A DNA stretch of 62,624 nt, the filler included, from Rhabdomonas costata (lineage: Eukaryota): assembly GCA_019059605.1 (NCBI GenBank). It is 36 parts of 36 records of this genome, joined end to end, with 100 filler letters (N's around TTAATTAATTAA, not from the genome) between each part and the next. Parts side by side here need not be neighbours in the genome. Positions count along the whole stretch, not along the records: positions 24,402 to 26,044 come from JAHMHO010011428.1; positions 26,145 to 27,787 come from JAHMHO010011429.1; positions 27,888 to 29,529 come from JAHMHO010011430.1; positions 29,630 to 31,271 come from JAHMHO010011431.1; positions 31,372 to 33,014 come from JAHMHO010011432.1; positions 33,115 to 34,757 come from JAHMHO010011433.1; positions 34,858 to 36,499 come from JAHMHO010011434.1; 29 more parts are not named here. The stretch is one strand, 5' to 3'. Both the position numbers and the translations under genes were made by a program. Numbering within the stretch: position 1 is the stretch's first letter; each line of letters starts with the position of its first letter. The notes below the pieces were generated by a model that did not search any database, was not told the origin of the DNA, and worked only from the letters and a program-made list of their open reading frames with translations. Shown one piece after another: positions 24,969 through 36,157 of this stretch.

Positions 24969-25521
24969 CTGCGAGAAAACAGCTCATACAAGGCGGGTGG
25001 GTACAATTTGCACGTGGGGTGAGTGTGGGAGACTGAAAGGACAGGTTTTGGAGACCCATCATCCCACACTGTGCAGCAGCCTGCGGCGTTTTTGAAGGAA
25101 GCCATGAAGATGAGGACCATGGGTCAACAGGGTCATGAGGCGATGACGATACGGACTCTGCCTTGGTATAGGGATTGTGGGTACACAAGAAACCAGCTGT
25201 TCATGGTCACGAGAGAGCAACCACCATTCTAATGAGGTGCCCCCCACTACACCAAGCAAGCTTGCGAGCGTGTAGAGGTAGGGTACAGGGCAACAGAGTG
25301 GCCCCACAGGGCTTCAATCTGCAGATTTCAAACGAAGAGGGAAAAGGAGGACAACCCCACGCCGCTTCGTCGAGGGTATTTTTTGCGGGGGGGGGGGTTG
25401 TTTAAGGCGGGGGATGTTAACTGACGTTAAACGATATGGTTCGAATCTCTACAAGTAGGGCCCGGGCGCCCGAAAACCCGCTCATATGTCGACCGGATGC
25501 CGGAAAAAAAACGGAAAATTT

Positions 25522-25615
25522 TATTACTGAGTGTAATCATTTTTTCGGTTGACGTTTTGACAAAGTCCTTTTTTCTTATTTCCCCTTGGATTTTGGTGTG
25601 GTGAAAACACGGGTA
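25522..25615 (+). ncRNA. Candidate spliced-leader (SL) RNA gene or dispersed SL-like copy
   Basis: TATTACTGAGTGTAATCATTTTTTCG|GT: 18/26 ungapped identity to the Euglena gracilis SL exon as I recall it (ACTTTCTGAGTGTCTATTTTTTTTCG), followed by GT, an Sm-like ATTTTGG (25590-25596) and small hairpins. Confidence 0.3.
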
Positions 25616-26599
25616 ACCTTCACAAAGAAAGATAGTAGAAGAAGGAGAGTTACACCCCAAAACTCAGAAGAGCGTATGTGACGTATTTCAACCTTGAGTC
25701 GTCAGACCTCTATATAATTGTCATCGCCTTCAGCAGGATGGTAGTATGGTCCCGCGACTCCCCCTGCCATCTTGGCTTGCACCCATATCAAGGAAAGGTC
25801 TTGTTTTGTGTTGCTACGCGCCGTAGGCGCGAGAAAAAGTTCGATTTTTGCGCCCAGCGGAAATGCTGCCGCATCACGCATGCGGGTTGTGTGGAGTTTG
25901 GTCCTCACACGGGTAGGTTTTCTGCCTGGGAAGCACACAGCTGAAGAAAAGAAGAATTCTGTGGTTCTGAGTTAACGGTGTAACGTACTTTATATGGATT
26001 ATACAAGTAATATAAAAAGTAGAAGAAAGAAGAATTATAGAAATNNNNNNNNNNNNNNNNNNNNNNNNNNNNNNNNNNNNNNNNNNNNTTAATTAATTAA
26101 NNNNNNNNNNNNNNNNNNNNNNNNNNNNNNNNNNNNNNNNNNNNGTGGGTTGTATCCCGCATCTTTTAGACAGAAGGTTAACAGAAATCACTTAATCGCA
26201 GATACCACAGAAGTCCGCATGAATTGTTTTACCATCGGTTGCTCTTTCATCGGCGGCCCCTTTATTTTTTTAGATCATGCACTCCTGTGAAAATCCAGTC
26301 TGTGGTGGCATTGATCGCGTGAAAGCGGTGTGCTTTGCTTCTGCTCGTCTCGGTACGGGAGGTTCTGAAGGTTTCGATGGCTCGGGGCTTGCGGCGAACC
26401 TTTTACACCGGAGTGGCCGGTGTGGCGCATGTGGTGTTTGGAACGGTGTTCTGATCCTGACTGCAGTTGTAAACTGGCCCTGGCTGTAGGGATATTCCTT
26501 GACTTCAGAAATTCTCTTACCACTACCCCAAAAAGTTCAAAGACACATCAGGTTGTCGCCCGCAGGTATGGCCTCCGCATAATTCTGGAAGCCAAGTTT

Positions 26600-27040
26600 A
26601 GTTCGAAGCCATCACATTCAGGGAGTATACGAGAACATGTGAGTATACGACCAGCAAATACTCAAAGGGGCCATACTGGTGCATACGAGAGGGGATTGCA
26701 CATAAAGGCATCTTCATCTACCACCTTCATGCATCTCATCATCGTGCATTCTTACACGTAGCATGGGTCACAAAGTGGACCATGCGTAGTGGGAGGTATC
26801 ATGAATGCACGTAACCACATTAGGGTGGTGGAGTGCATGAACCATCACATTTAGGGAGCACACAAGCGCATGCGAGTATGCGACCATCTATTATTCATTC
26901 TTGGGGGCCACAGCCCCCTACCACATCTCTCATTCCATCTAAGGGTACCCTTATACATCCTTACCTGGTATCATGCATTCACGTAGCATGATGTCACATG
27001 GGGGGCATAATGCGTAGTAATACCACATCATGATACCATT
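26600..27040. repeat. Degenerate repeat region (~230-nt imperfect duplication plus recurring short motifs)
   Basis: TGCATTC(TTAC)ACGTAGCATG..GTCACA...ATGCGTAGT occurs near 26745 and 26974; GAGTAT(A/G)CGA occurs three times. Confidence 0.55.
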
Positions 27041-29663
27041 ATTTACTCTCTTTTGCATATCCACTCTCTTCACTTTTTCTCGGAGCTACTGAGTTGTGGG
27101 GTACACATCCCGGCGCATCTTTTGCCCAAGGCTGGTATTTTTTCCCGCTGTGGTATTAAATTCGCGATCAACGGTGAAAAACATCTTTTTGACTCCATTT
27201 TGCATTCGTGTTATGAGTTCTGTGTTCGGCTTCGCATCTCCGTTTTTGTTTTTGGCTCTTGTGGTTGGAGGAGGAGTTCGTTATTTTGGTTTCATTTTCT
27301 GAGTTCATGCCTTCGGTCTTTGCTTCTGTCTTCGGGTCCCTCTTCGAAGGTTGGTCTTCGGTTTCGGATTGACGATGTCCCCCGGGATATCACAGATACA
27401 CAAAACAATGGGAGTAGGTTAAGCAAAACAACGCCGGACTGCACAGGCTGTAAGGGACATGACGCCCAACCATACGATGATGACAAACGCAGCGACTGAA
27501 TGGCAACGATGAATCGATAAGGATGCGGTCCGAAGCTTGTGATGACCATCACGGCACGTCACTGTACACGTGACAAACATTCCGATAGCACCCACAGAGG
27601 GCAGGATGGCACACGCATCATTAAGGCCACTGACACCTAGCGATTGCAGTGCTCACGTACACATGTTAGAGTGGAGGGTGAGCTGGACCATCACACCAAT
27701 GTGATACAGCCGTCCATGTCAGGGTCGGTCCTGGCACGCACGCTGCCCACCACACTCATGGGTAAAACCACCCTGTTAGCAGTGAGTNNNNNNNNNNNNN
27801 NNNNNNNNNNNNNNNNNNNNNNNNNNNNNNNTTAATTAATTAANNNNNNNNNNNNNNNNNNNNNNNNNNNNNNNNNNNNNNNNNNNNGTGGTGGTTGGTC
27901 GCGGCCCAGAGGCCTGCAAGGGCTGAAACGGCCTGGGGTGGTGCTGTGAAAGGCAGGACATGGTGGCTGCGTATGATGCTTGGTTTCGAAAACCGTGATA
28001 TGGCCGAACTGAACCTGCCATGCTATCATTCCCCTCAGGCGAAACACATGACATATACCCAGCTGCCGGGGTCGGGTGGGGGGAGGCAAGTGTTTGGATC
28101 TGGAATGAGCAGGCATAGCCTCTGTTACAAAGTCCTCTGCGACGGTTTGACATGGACCCAGAATACGGGCTGAAGCATAGCAAACCAGTGGGAATCGCAT
28201 TACCACTGAACGCCGGAATCAACTAAAGCCGACCAGAACAAGTCATCCCTGCAGCACGCACCAAACCGGCCTCTCCAAAAAGACAAAAAAAAAGCAACGA
28301 AACCCTGACCTGTGTAGTAGATGCCGTATCACCCCCTTGCAATCTTGGAACCCAAAATGCTGCCCGGACACGGGAGGCTTCTTTCTCCTCAGTTTTGGGT
28401 GTTGAATTCCACTCACAGCCCCGAAGAGAAAAAGGCTCCAGGAAGAAAACTTGCTGAATACCCTTGTGTGACCCGGAGATCCCGGGGATGGGGCTGGCCC
28501 TGGATCTACCCTGACTGGGGTTCGCTCGCCTCGGCCTGCATAGAAAAGGAGAGAGGGAAAACAGACAGGGAGATGGTCGGCAACCATCACGTCGAAAGCC
28601 CGGACACTGCTCCCCCAGCACCCTGCAAAGCTCAGTAGCGGTAGGTACACAGTATCAGTAATAGTCACCGTACCAGTTTCCTTTTAAAGCTTCCGAAGGA
28701 TATCATTGGAAGAAGCGGAGTGGCGGTCGGGAGGCAGACCACACACAACTAACCCGACATTTTCCTATTTTGCCAACCCCTAGCAGGCAACCCATCAGGG
28801 CATAAAATACTCGCCTTCAAGCCTTCAGAGCGATTTACAACTCGGGGAAGGGGAAGGGCACCAGCAGAGGGATGGGCGGCAGCCGAGTCGTCACTCAAGC
28901 CGCGGGTTAGTGGTTCCCGTGCGATCCCGGCCACAAGCTGCGCAGCTCGCGAGCTGCCCACCAGCACAACAGAGGGCAAGGAAGCCCCTGCGAAACAGAC
29001 GCGATGGATCTCCGCAATGAATTGTTTCGATGGATAGCGGAACAAGGAAGTCATCCAGGGCACTGAAGAACGTGATTGCACTTCTTTTCCGAGGACGGAC
29101 ACAGTTTGCTGACATAAATACTCCAGCCATTAACCACTTGTGGCATCCCCTTTATGTTCATTGACCTTCATTTTCGATGTAAAGGTGGGTGGCCACTTTT
29201 TTGTAAGTGTGCACAGCTGCTCAAAGAAAAAAAACCAAAAACTGTAAAACCTGCAGGGAGAGAAACAGGCAACGTGTTCAAACCCACACCACAGGATCAG
29301 AACAAGGATCGAGAAAATCATCCGGCACTGTCGCGTCCTCCTTGGGCAAAGGATCGCTAATCTTCTCGAAGGTGCCTTTGAAACCTGCTGCATACAGGCA
29401 CATGCACATGCACATGTGCATAAACATGCGGATGCAAACCGCACAAACTCACAGACAAACACTACCCCTAGCACTTTCCTCCCCCACAGCAGAAGGAGGG
29501 AGCGTAGCGACCGACGAACCACCAACACANNNNNNNNNNNNNNNNNNNNNNNNNNNNNNNNNNNNNNNNNNNNTTAATTAATTAANNNNNNNNNNNNNNN
29601 NNNNNNNNNNNNNNNNNNNNNNNNNNNNNGTTTTTTTGTATTAACAGCTTGTCAACAATGTAG

Positions 29664-31151
29664 GTTTATCTCAACTATGCTGGCACTGACGGTCACCCTG
29701 AGCTGAAGTTGAAGCTTACCTTGCCAGAGAAATGGCTGGATGGTCCGGTGCAGAAAGTGACGGAGTTTTTTGTCAAGCAGTACAATGCTAAATTCCCAGA
29801 AAATTGCCTGAATGCGTCTGTGCTTGCCCTTCAAAACAAGCAGGGACTCGTTTTGAGTGACAGCAGCAAGGTCTCCGCGTGCATCAGCGAATACGCTGAC
29901 GTGTTTGTCGTGGACAGACCCCCAGAGAAGGCCACTGCAAGTGAGGCCCCATCTCGGCCCCCAAACAGTTTACAGTGTAAAAACTTGGGTTGCCAGAAGT
30001 GGTTCGTGGAGGCGGAGAACAACGACAGTGCCTGTCGTCACCACAGTGGTGCACCTGTCTTTCACGACCTGGCAAAGTACTGGACTTGCTGTTCTGAAAA
30101 GAAGGTGTGCCTTGCTAAAAAGTATTGTGGTTCAAGCAGAACTTTGATGCTTGTGTCTAGCCGGGAATATGCTGCGTGGGCATTCTCTGCGTTTTTAACG
30201 GAGGTTGGTATCGCTCCCTTGCTAACTTGCTGAATCCCTGGCCCCTTTCTCCCCCCCATCACCCTTGCACGTCACTTTTTCGGGTTTGTTCACTCACCTC
30301 CCTTCCTCCGCAGGCGTACGATTGGGAAGAGTTTCAAGCCATTCCAACCTGTTCAACTGGCCGGCACAGCACAGAACAGAAGGTTGTTAGTTTTATTTGC
30401 ACTTTTCCTCGTTGTTTTTTCGCAGTCGATGTTTCGGTGTTTTGTTGTGTTGATTTCCTGCAATTCCGCTTGGCGCCATTTTCTCAAGAATGAGAGCGCA
30501 TGGCTCAACAGCAACTTTGCAACGGTCAGTTTGGATCAATTTTAGGTTTTTCTCACACGCAGGTCATTGCGGTTTCACCATTGTAGACTTTTGGACTTTT
30601 CTTACCGCCCCGGACTTGCGAGTGTGAACCTGTCGCGATTTTTTCGAACAGGTTCAGCTTTTCAAACCCAGCGAGGAGGTTTCCTCACCTATAATTCCTG
30701 CTCCGCTCACTCCAGAGCAGGTCGCCGTCGCGGAGGCTCCCCCTGCTGCCCCGGTGGTTGAGGACAAACCCGGGCCCATAGTGGACGGTCAAGCAACGTG
30801 TCGAAACAAGGGCTGCGGGAAAAAGTTTGTCGTCGCAGAGAACTGCGAGGATGCGTGCATCTTCCATTCTGGGGTGCCCATCTTCCATGACACCAACACA
30901 TACTGGTCTGTCCTTCTCACTTCGCTTCACGGTGTTTGATGACTCACTGTTCATGGTTTCCTTTTGCCTCCAAAATTGCAAACTAACTGATGCTGACTTT
31001 TTCGGTCTCATTTGAACACAAATTTTGTTGCGTTGTCTGCTGGTGTTTCCCTCTCTTGTAATGCAGGAGCTGTTGCCCTCAAAAGAAATGTTGGGACTGG
31101 GACGAGTTCATGGCGGTGGTCGGTTGCAGTAAAGGACCTCACAAAGTGTGA
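29664..31151 (+). CDS. Two-CHORD-domain zinc-binding protein (RAR1/CHORDC1-like, no CS domain) with an N-terminal extension; exons 29664-30104, 30314-30382, 30652-30905, 31067-31151
   Basis: CHORD1: CKNLGCQKWF...NNDSACRHHSGAPVFHDLAKYWTCC..AYDWEEFQAIPTCSTGRH. CHORD2: CRNKGCGKKF...[38 protein letters not shown], TGA stop. All introns GT-AG and phase-consistent. Confidence 0.92.
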
Positions 31152-31412
31152 GGTCGTGAAGCAGTGTTGACCATCTGCGTTTCTTCTTGCTGTGATAACA
31201 AGTCCTCTCCCCCGCTGTTGCGTCCGCTTTGTTGACGCAACAGCGGGGGAGAGGACTTGTTAACACAACAANNNNNNNNNNNNNNNNNNNNNNNNNNNNN
31301 NNNNNNNNNNNNNNNTTAATTAATTAANNNNNNNNNNNNNNNNNNNNNNNNNNNNNNNNNNNNNNNNNNNNGGTGTGTGGTCGACCTTGTGGTGGGAGGG
31401 CTGAGCGTGGCC

Positions 31413-31634
31413 CCGGTGCAGCCACACCCCGGCCACGCTCAGCCCTCCCACCACAAGGTCGACCACTATAACCACGGCCAGCGACCCCGAGGACTGCGGC
31501 ACGCAGCTCGCGATGTACACCACAAGGGCCCACATGGTGGCGGTCCAAAGCAGGGCTTGCAGATAGCCATCCTTGGCTCGGATGTGCTCAAGAAGCCGGG
31601 TTTTTGTATGAAGTGCACCTCGCAGCAGGAACAT
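31413..31634 (-). CDS. N-terminal part of a probable membrane protein (two hydrophobic helices)
   Basis: ...YLQALLWTATMWALVVYIASCVPQSSGSLAVVIVVDLVVGGLSVAGVWLHR; GC3-rich; truncated by a fold-back at the contig end. Confidence 0.4.
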
Positions 31635-32733
31635 CGAAGAAGTTTAGGATGAAAAGAGTGCGCCGGAAGTGTTGGTACGCTTGTAGAGTTGGTGTGCTAA
31701 CATTAGCAAGGTGCAGGGTTTGAATATGTTCTAAAAAATAAAGCTGCTCGAAGTTGGAGGGCACAGGACTCCTGTTCAAGCGGGGCATGAGCACGTGTGA
31801 ATACATATGCGCGGCGGTTTTGCGACGGCAACAGCAGCTGCTGCGACGGAAGACCAAGGGCCGAGCGCATTTATATGACAGTGACCTCGCTTCCGTCGGT
31901 CTGATGCAAAACGTCATGGAATCTTTCGAATCACAGCTTCAGGGCCCCATTACATATTGACAAAAGTCCAGCTTGTCATCACATCATCACAGAGATTCCC
32001 AAAATGAACACGGCAGGCACCAAAAAACGCTGCCCCAGGAACTAAGAACTTCACAGCGTCAATTATACTCGATGGCGGAACTATGCACGATAAAAGAGGA
32101 GAGAGGGTCAGGGTCTCTTGGAAAGAAACGGCACCATTATCACCCAAAGATTGCTGTCAGGGAAAACGAACGCCTTCCCACATGATGATTTTTAGTTTCT
32201 GATGACCGTTCACAGACCAAGTGAAGTGAGGAACCAATTTCAGAGCTCTATCCTCAAAGGCAATGGAAGCTGAAGGAGAAGCGTCCCACAAAGGACTCAA
32301 ATCGGAAGCGCAAAAAGGTAAAAAAAAGTCATGTACAGAAACCGGTAGCCGTGCACGAAGAAGAAAAAACGGGAACGCTGCCCGCCCCCATCCACTATCC
32401 CACCAAACAGGAAGCTGCGGCATGATGACCGGGAATGTCGCGAAGTTAGGATATGGACGGAGACAGAGAAGACAGAGAGAACTAAACTTCCGCAGAGCCT
32501 CATAACTGTTCATAAAAGCGCACTCCTGCAAACGAACCCACAGCAAAAAGGAGTGCACAGCCAAGGGGCTTTCCAGGCTGGGGATTCGGGCTGCCGTAGA
32601 ACGCCCCTTAAAAAGAAAAAGAGTACGCAAGAACCAAAGCAAGACATCGACAGTCTCCACACGCGCTTTGTGAGGACAGAAAAAAAAGGAAGGCATACAC
32701 TCAGCGAAGAAGCCAAAGCAAGTTTCCTTGTTA

Positions 32734-33000
32734 CTAAACTTCAATGGATTGCACAGTCCCGACGATCTCAACGATTCTTCGCCAGTCTTGCATCGACACA
32801 GGCTTGCTCATGAAGTGGGTCATCCCCGCCGCCAGGCACTCCTGCTCGCTTTCCAGGTTGGCGGTCAGCGCGATGATAGGGGTGTTCTGGTGGTGGGGCA
32901 GCTCGCGAATGTGGCGGGTGCACTCCAGCCCGTCCATCACGGGCATGAAGGTGTCCATGAGGATGGCCGCGTAGCTGCGGATGAAGTCCACAACTGGTTG
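32734..33000 (-). CDS. Response-regulator receiver domain, C-terminal, hybrid histidine kinase type
   Basis: YAAILMDTFMPVMDGLECTRHIR...TPIIALTAN...ECLAAGMTHFMSKP: phospho-Asp (MD), MPxMDG, TA and KP motifs all intact. Confidence 0.9.
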   Translation of the reverse strand, partial: QPVVDFIRSYAAILMDTFMPVMDGLECTRHIRELPHHQNTPIIALTANLESEQECLAAGMTHFMSKPVSMQDWRRIVEIVGTVQSIEV

Positions 33001-33302
33001 GCTAACCCACACCCNNNNNNNNNNNNNNNNNNNNNNNNNNNNNNNNNNNNNNNNNNNNTTAATTAATTAANNNNNNNNNNNNNNNNNNNNNNNNNNNNNN
33101 NNNNNNNNNNNNNNTGGGTACCAAACAGAAACCTTCACACAGATAAGTGCTCATTATTCGAAGAAATGATGTCCGCATTTTTCGCCCGATACCAAGTGTT
33201 TGGCAAGACGGAGAGCGGGGCGTTCAACTCGTTTCGCACCCCTTTACCACACTAACAACAGGAGGTGCAGGCGCAGCAGAAGACATGGCACTTGGTGCCA
33301 AC

Positions 33303-34357
33303 CTGCTCCTTGAGCTGAGCCACCTCTTGGTCTTTCTTCTCGGCGTACTCCATGTAGACGCTGAGTAGGTGCTTGAGCTCGTTCATCTGCTTCCCTCCTG
33401 GCACCACATCCCTTTCAACTTAAATTTAAAATTTTATCCCAAAACTATGCCGCGGGGAGGGCGTACTGACAGTAATGGAGGGTGCAGGTGGTAGAGGGTG
33501 CGGTAGTTGATGTGACTTTTGGTGGAAAGAGTGGTGCATGGCTAAGTCAAAGCGACACAATCCGCAATGCATGTATACATCTGATGGAAGCAAGCCAAGA
33601 CTGAAGGAATCTACGCTTGCAGGATTGCTGTGTTAAGCTGAGATTCTGCACAATGGCAGGAAGGAAGCAAGGTTTGGCAGAAAGGAGACCTTCAAACACG
33701 GTCGTGCTTGGGGGGGACCCGATCAGATCGTTGGCGTCCACGTCGGGCCCCTCGACAGCGCGCTGCCCTCTCTTAGCCAGGGTGAGCAGAGTGTAGCCAT
33801 AGCCTTGGCCCTGAGTCACCCGGTTCCGGAAGAGGAAAGAGAGAGCAGTTAGGAGCAGGGCCGTATAAAGACCATGCCGAGAGCCGCAAAAATGGCAGAG
33901 GCGATGTTCGCCGCACCACTTCCATGCTACCATGATACGCTTTGGGCAAATTTGGGGTTCAGAGCAGTGTAGCAGTGTACAGCTGGCAGGAAAAGGCTCT
34001 CGGAATCGTACAGTGACGCCGCAAGAAGGCGATAGTGCGCAGCAAATGTTTATAGTTGATACAGTGCAGGCAATCAGCAAAAATACAAACGAGAAGCAAG
34101 GAAAGACACCCAAAACGAAAACACCGCAAACCCAAAGGCAAGCCTCCTTCCGCGACACCAGCTCAACTCGAAGAAATAGAGGGGGGTTTTTACACGTTAG
34201 GTGTACTGAGTATCGTCCAAAACAAACAAAACAAAACAAAGAGCACCGGCTGGGCCAGGCGGATATCATCAGGGTGGTGGTTAATCGCGTCCAACGAGGA
34301 CGAGAGGCCCTCAATGCGGTGCAGGGAGGTCGTCATCGAGGAGACGTCCTCCGTCCA
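33303..34357 (-). CDS. Hypothetical coiled-coil protein, exons 34357-34247, 33810-33690, 33397-33303
   Basis: Phase-consistent GT-AG joins ending GGKQMNELKHLLSVYMEYAEKKDQEVAQLKEQ. Confidence 0.55.
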
Positions 34358-35962
34358 CTACAATTTCGAAGAAGCCCTCGCACCATACTTACCAAAAACC
34401 CAAGTGAAGGAAAGCACACCTAGAGAACCAAAGCCGCGGGTGCATCACGCCAGGCTCATGCACAAATGAACGCCCCGCAACGTGCATAAAAAGGGATGAG
34501 AAATGCCACGTCAACGCCCTTTTTCCACGTGCATACAGCCCAACACACACACACACACACACACACACGACGCACTTCGTGCACAACAGGGTTTTGGTAT
34601 AGGTCTTTTCAGCCTACAGCGGGCTTTCAAACTCTTTCCGGCTGCTGGGGGTGTTCTCTCCATCTCGCGATCCACAGTGCAATCTAACCATTCCTCTGCC
34701 TCCGGCCCGTTGTGCCTGTACACAGTACACACGGTCTCTACCCGTTGCCCACACCACNNNNNNNNNNNNNNNNNNNNNNNNNNNNNNNNNNNNNNNNNNN
34801 NTTAATTAATTAANNNNNNNNNNNNNNNNNNNNNNNNNNNNNNNNNNNNNNNNNNNNTGACGTAGTGGATCCCCGCGAAAGGGGCCTGGGCAGCGCTGAA
34901 CAACCCAACCTGAGACCCAAAGCAGGTCACCTACCCCTGTCAAGGCCCAGTTGCTGTGTTCTCATTCTTCCTTGTGGTACCCCAATTCGAACCCGCCTCC
35001 GCCTTGTGCTCTTCTTGTTGCCCAGGAATGTGGTGTGGGTCCACGGCGTTTCGATGATGCACTGCAGGGGACCCAATTCAGCTCGATGATGCCGGGGTCC
35101 TTAAAGAAATCCTGCCACCAATGGAGGGTTCCCGACCACCCTCCCTTGCCCGGAACTAAGCCTTCACTTTGGGGATAATGGAACCAGCACAGGTGTATGC
35201 GGTGCGGTGTTTCCATAGAGAGTTTCCGCATGCCAATATTAACTGCTTTCATTTGGCTTTGTTTTTGGAAGGTGTTCAGTTTTTCTTTCCTTTTTCGAGC
35301 GAAGCTTAAATCTCTCATTTCATTCTCGCCGCGCCGATTTCACTCGCGCATTCCTTTTTTTGTGAATGTCGCAGAAGAGTTGCATAAAAAATACGACTCG
35401 CTTCTCAACACGCTATTTGCATTGTGCTTGTTTTGTGGGCATCTTTTGGAATTGTTTTCTCCACTTTGGGTCCCCTCGGGGACCTTTCACTTGCGCACTT
35501 CGCCCCGTAAAGCTAGCGGCAAATGTGCGAGGGCAGTTCTGCTGCTCAGTCTGCATTCTCAGGCTTTGCCAGTTTGGCAGACGTGCAAACAACGCCAGCT
35601 TCAACCCGGGCATTGTTCTCCTGTCAGTTTTCACGTTCTTTCGGTTGCGGCAGTTTAGGTGGACGCGGTTGGGTAGCGACATCACGGCTCATCACATTCC
35701 CAAATTCCCAAGCTCAGTTTTTTTTGTGGATGCTGGGTTGCAACGATTTCTTCCCAGTATTGGAGAGTTGGTTCCTTTTTTTGCCCAATGGCTTCGTGGA
35801 CATGCTTTTGTCATCCACGAGTATTTCAAAACCCTATGCACCTTCTTCCGACCGCTGACCTTTACCACATACTCCGCTTTAGGCCTACGTCTGTCGAAGT
35901 CTTGAAAAGTCGTCTTTCAGTTTGGTTTCCAGAACCCCGCCTCTCTCGTACTTTCACCCACA

Positions 35963-36157
35963 ATGGGTTCCTTTTTCTCCTTTCCGAACCCGGTCAATGA
36001 GAAGGCCGGACGAATCTCCGCGGCATTCACCGTGGCCGAGGGCGCGGTTTTCTTGGCGACCGAGAAGACCTGGGTGCTCGGGATAATGACCTATGGCCTG
36101 CTCTCCCGCGTCCTAGCGGGCCGGAGGCTCAGCCCGATGGCCAACCTGATTGCCAAG
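35963..36157 (+). CDS. DUF4395-family membrane protein, first exon
   Basis: MGSFFSFPNPVNEKAGRISAAFTV...LGIMTYGLLSRVLAGRRLSPMANLIAK|GTACTG; FSFPNPVNE and YGxxxRVLxGxxLSP match bacterial (notably actinobacterial) DUF4395 proteins as recalled. Confidence 0.7.

Noticed and set aside
25735-25760. GACCATACTACC on the minus strand resembling a 5S rRNA 5' end near the SL-like motif
   Set aside because: Similarity stops after ~12 nt; no internal control region or 5S helices follow.
5697-31151. p23 and CHORD (both Hsp90 co-chaperones) in one window as a functional cluster
   Set aside because: They are on different, unlinked contigs ordered only by length.
31196-31262. Perfect 29-bp hairpin just after the CHORD stop codon as a 3' UTR element or terminator
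   Set aside because: It ends at the contig terminus with a C/A tail, the same pattern as the other fold-backs.
31377-31466. Perfect 36-bp hairpin
   Set aside because: At the contig start; it duplicates coding sequence in inverted form; artefact.
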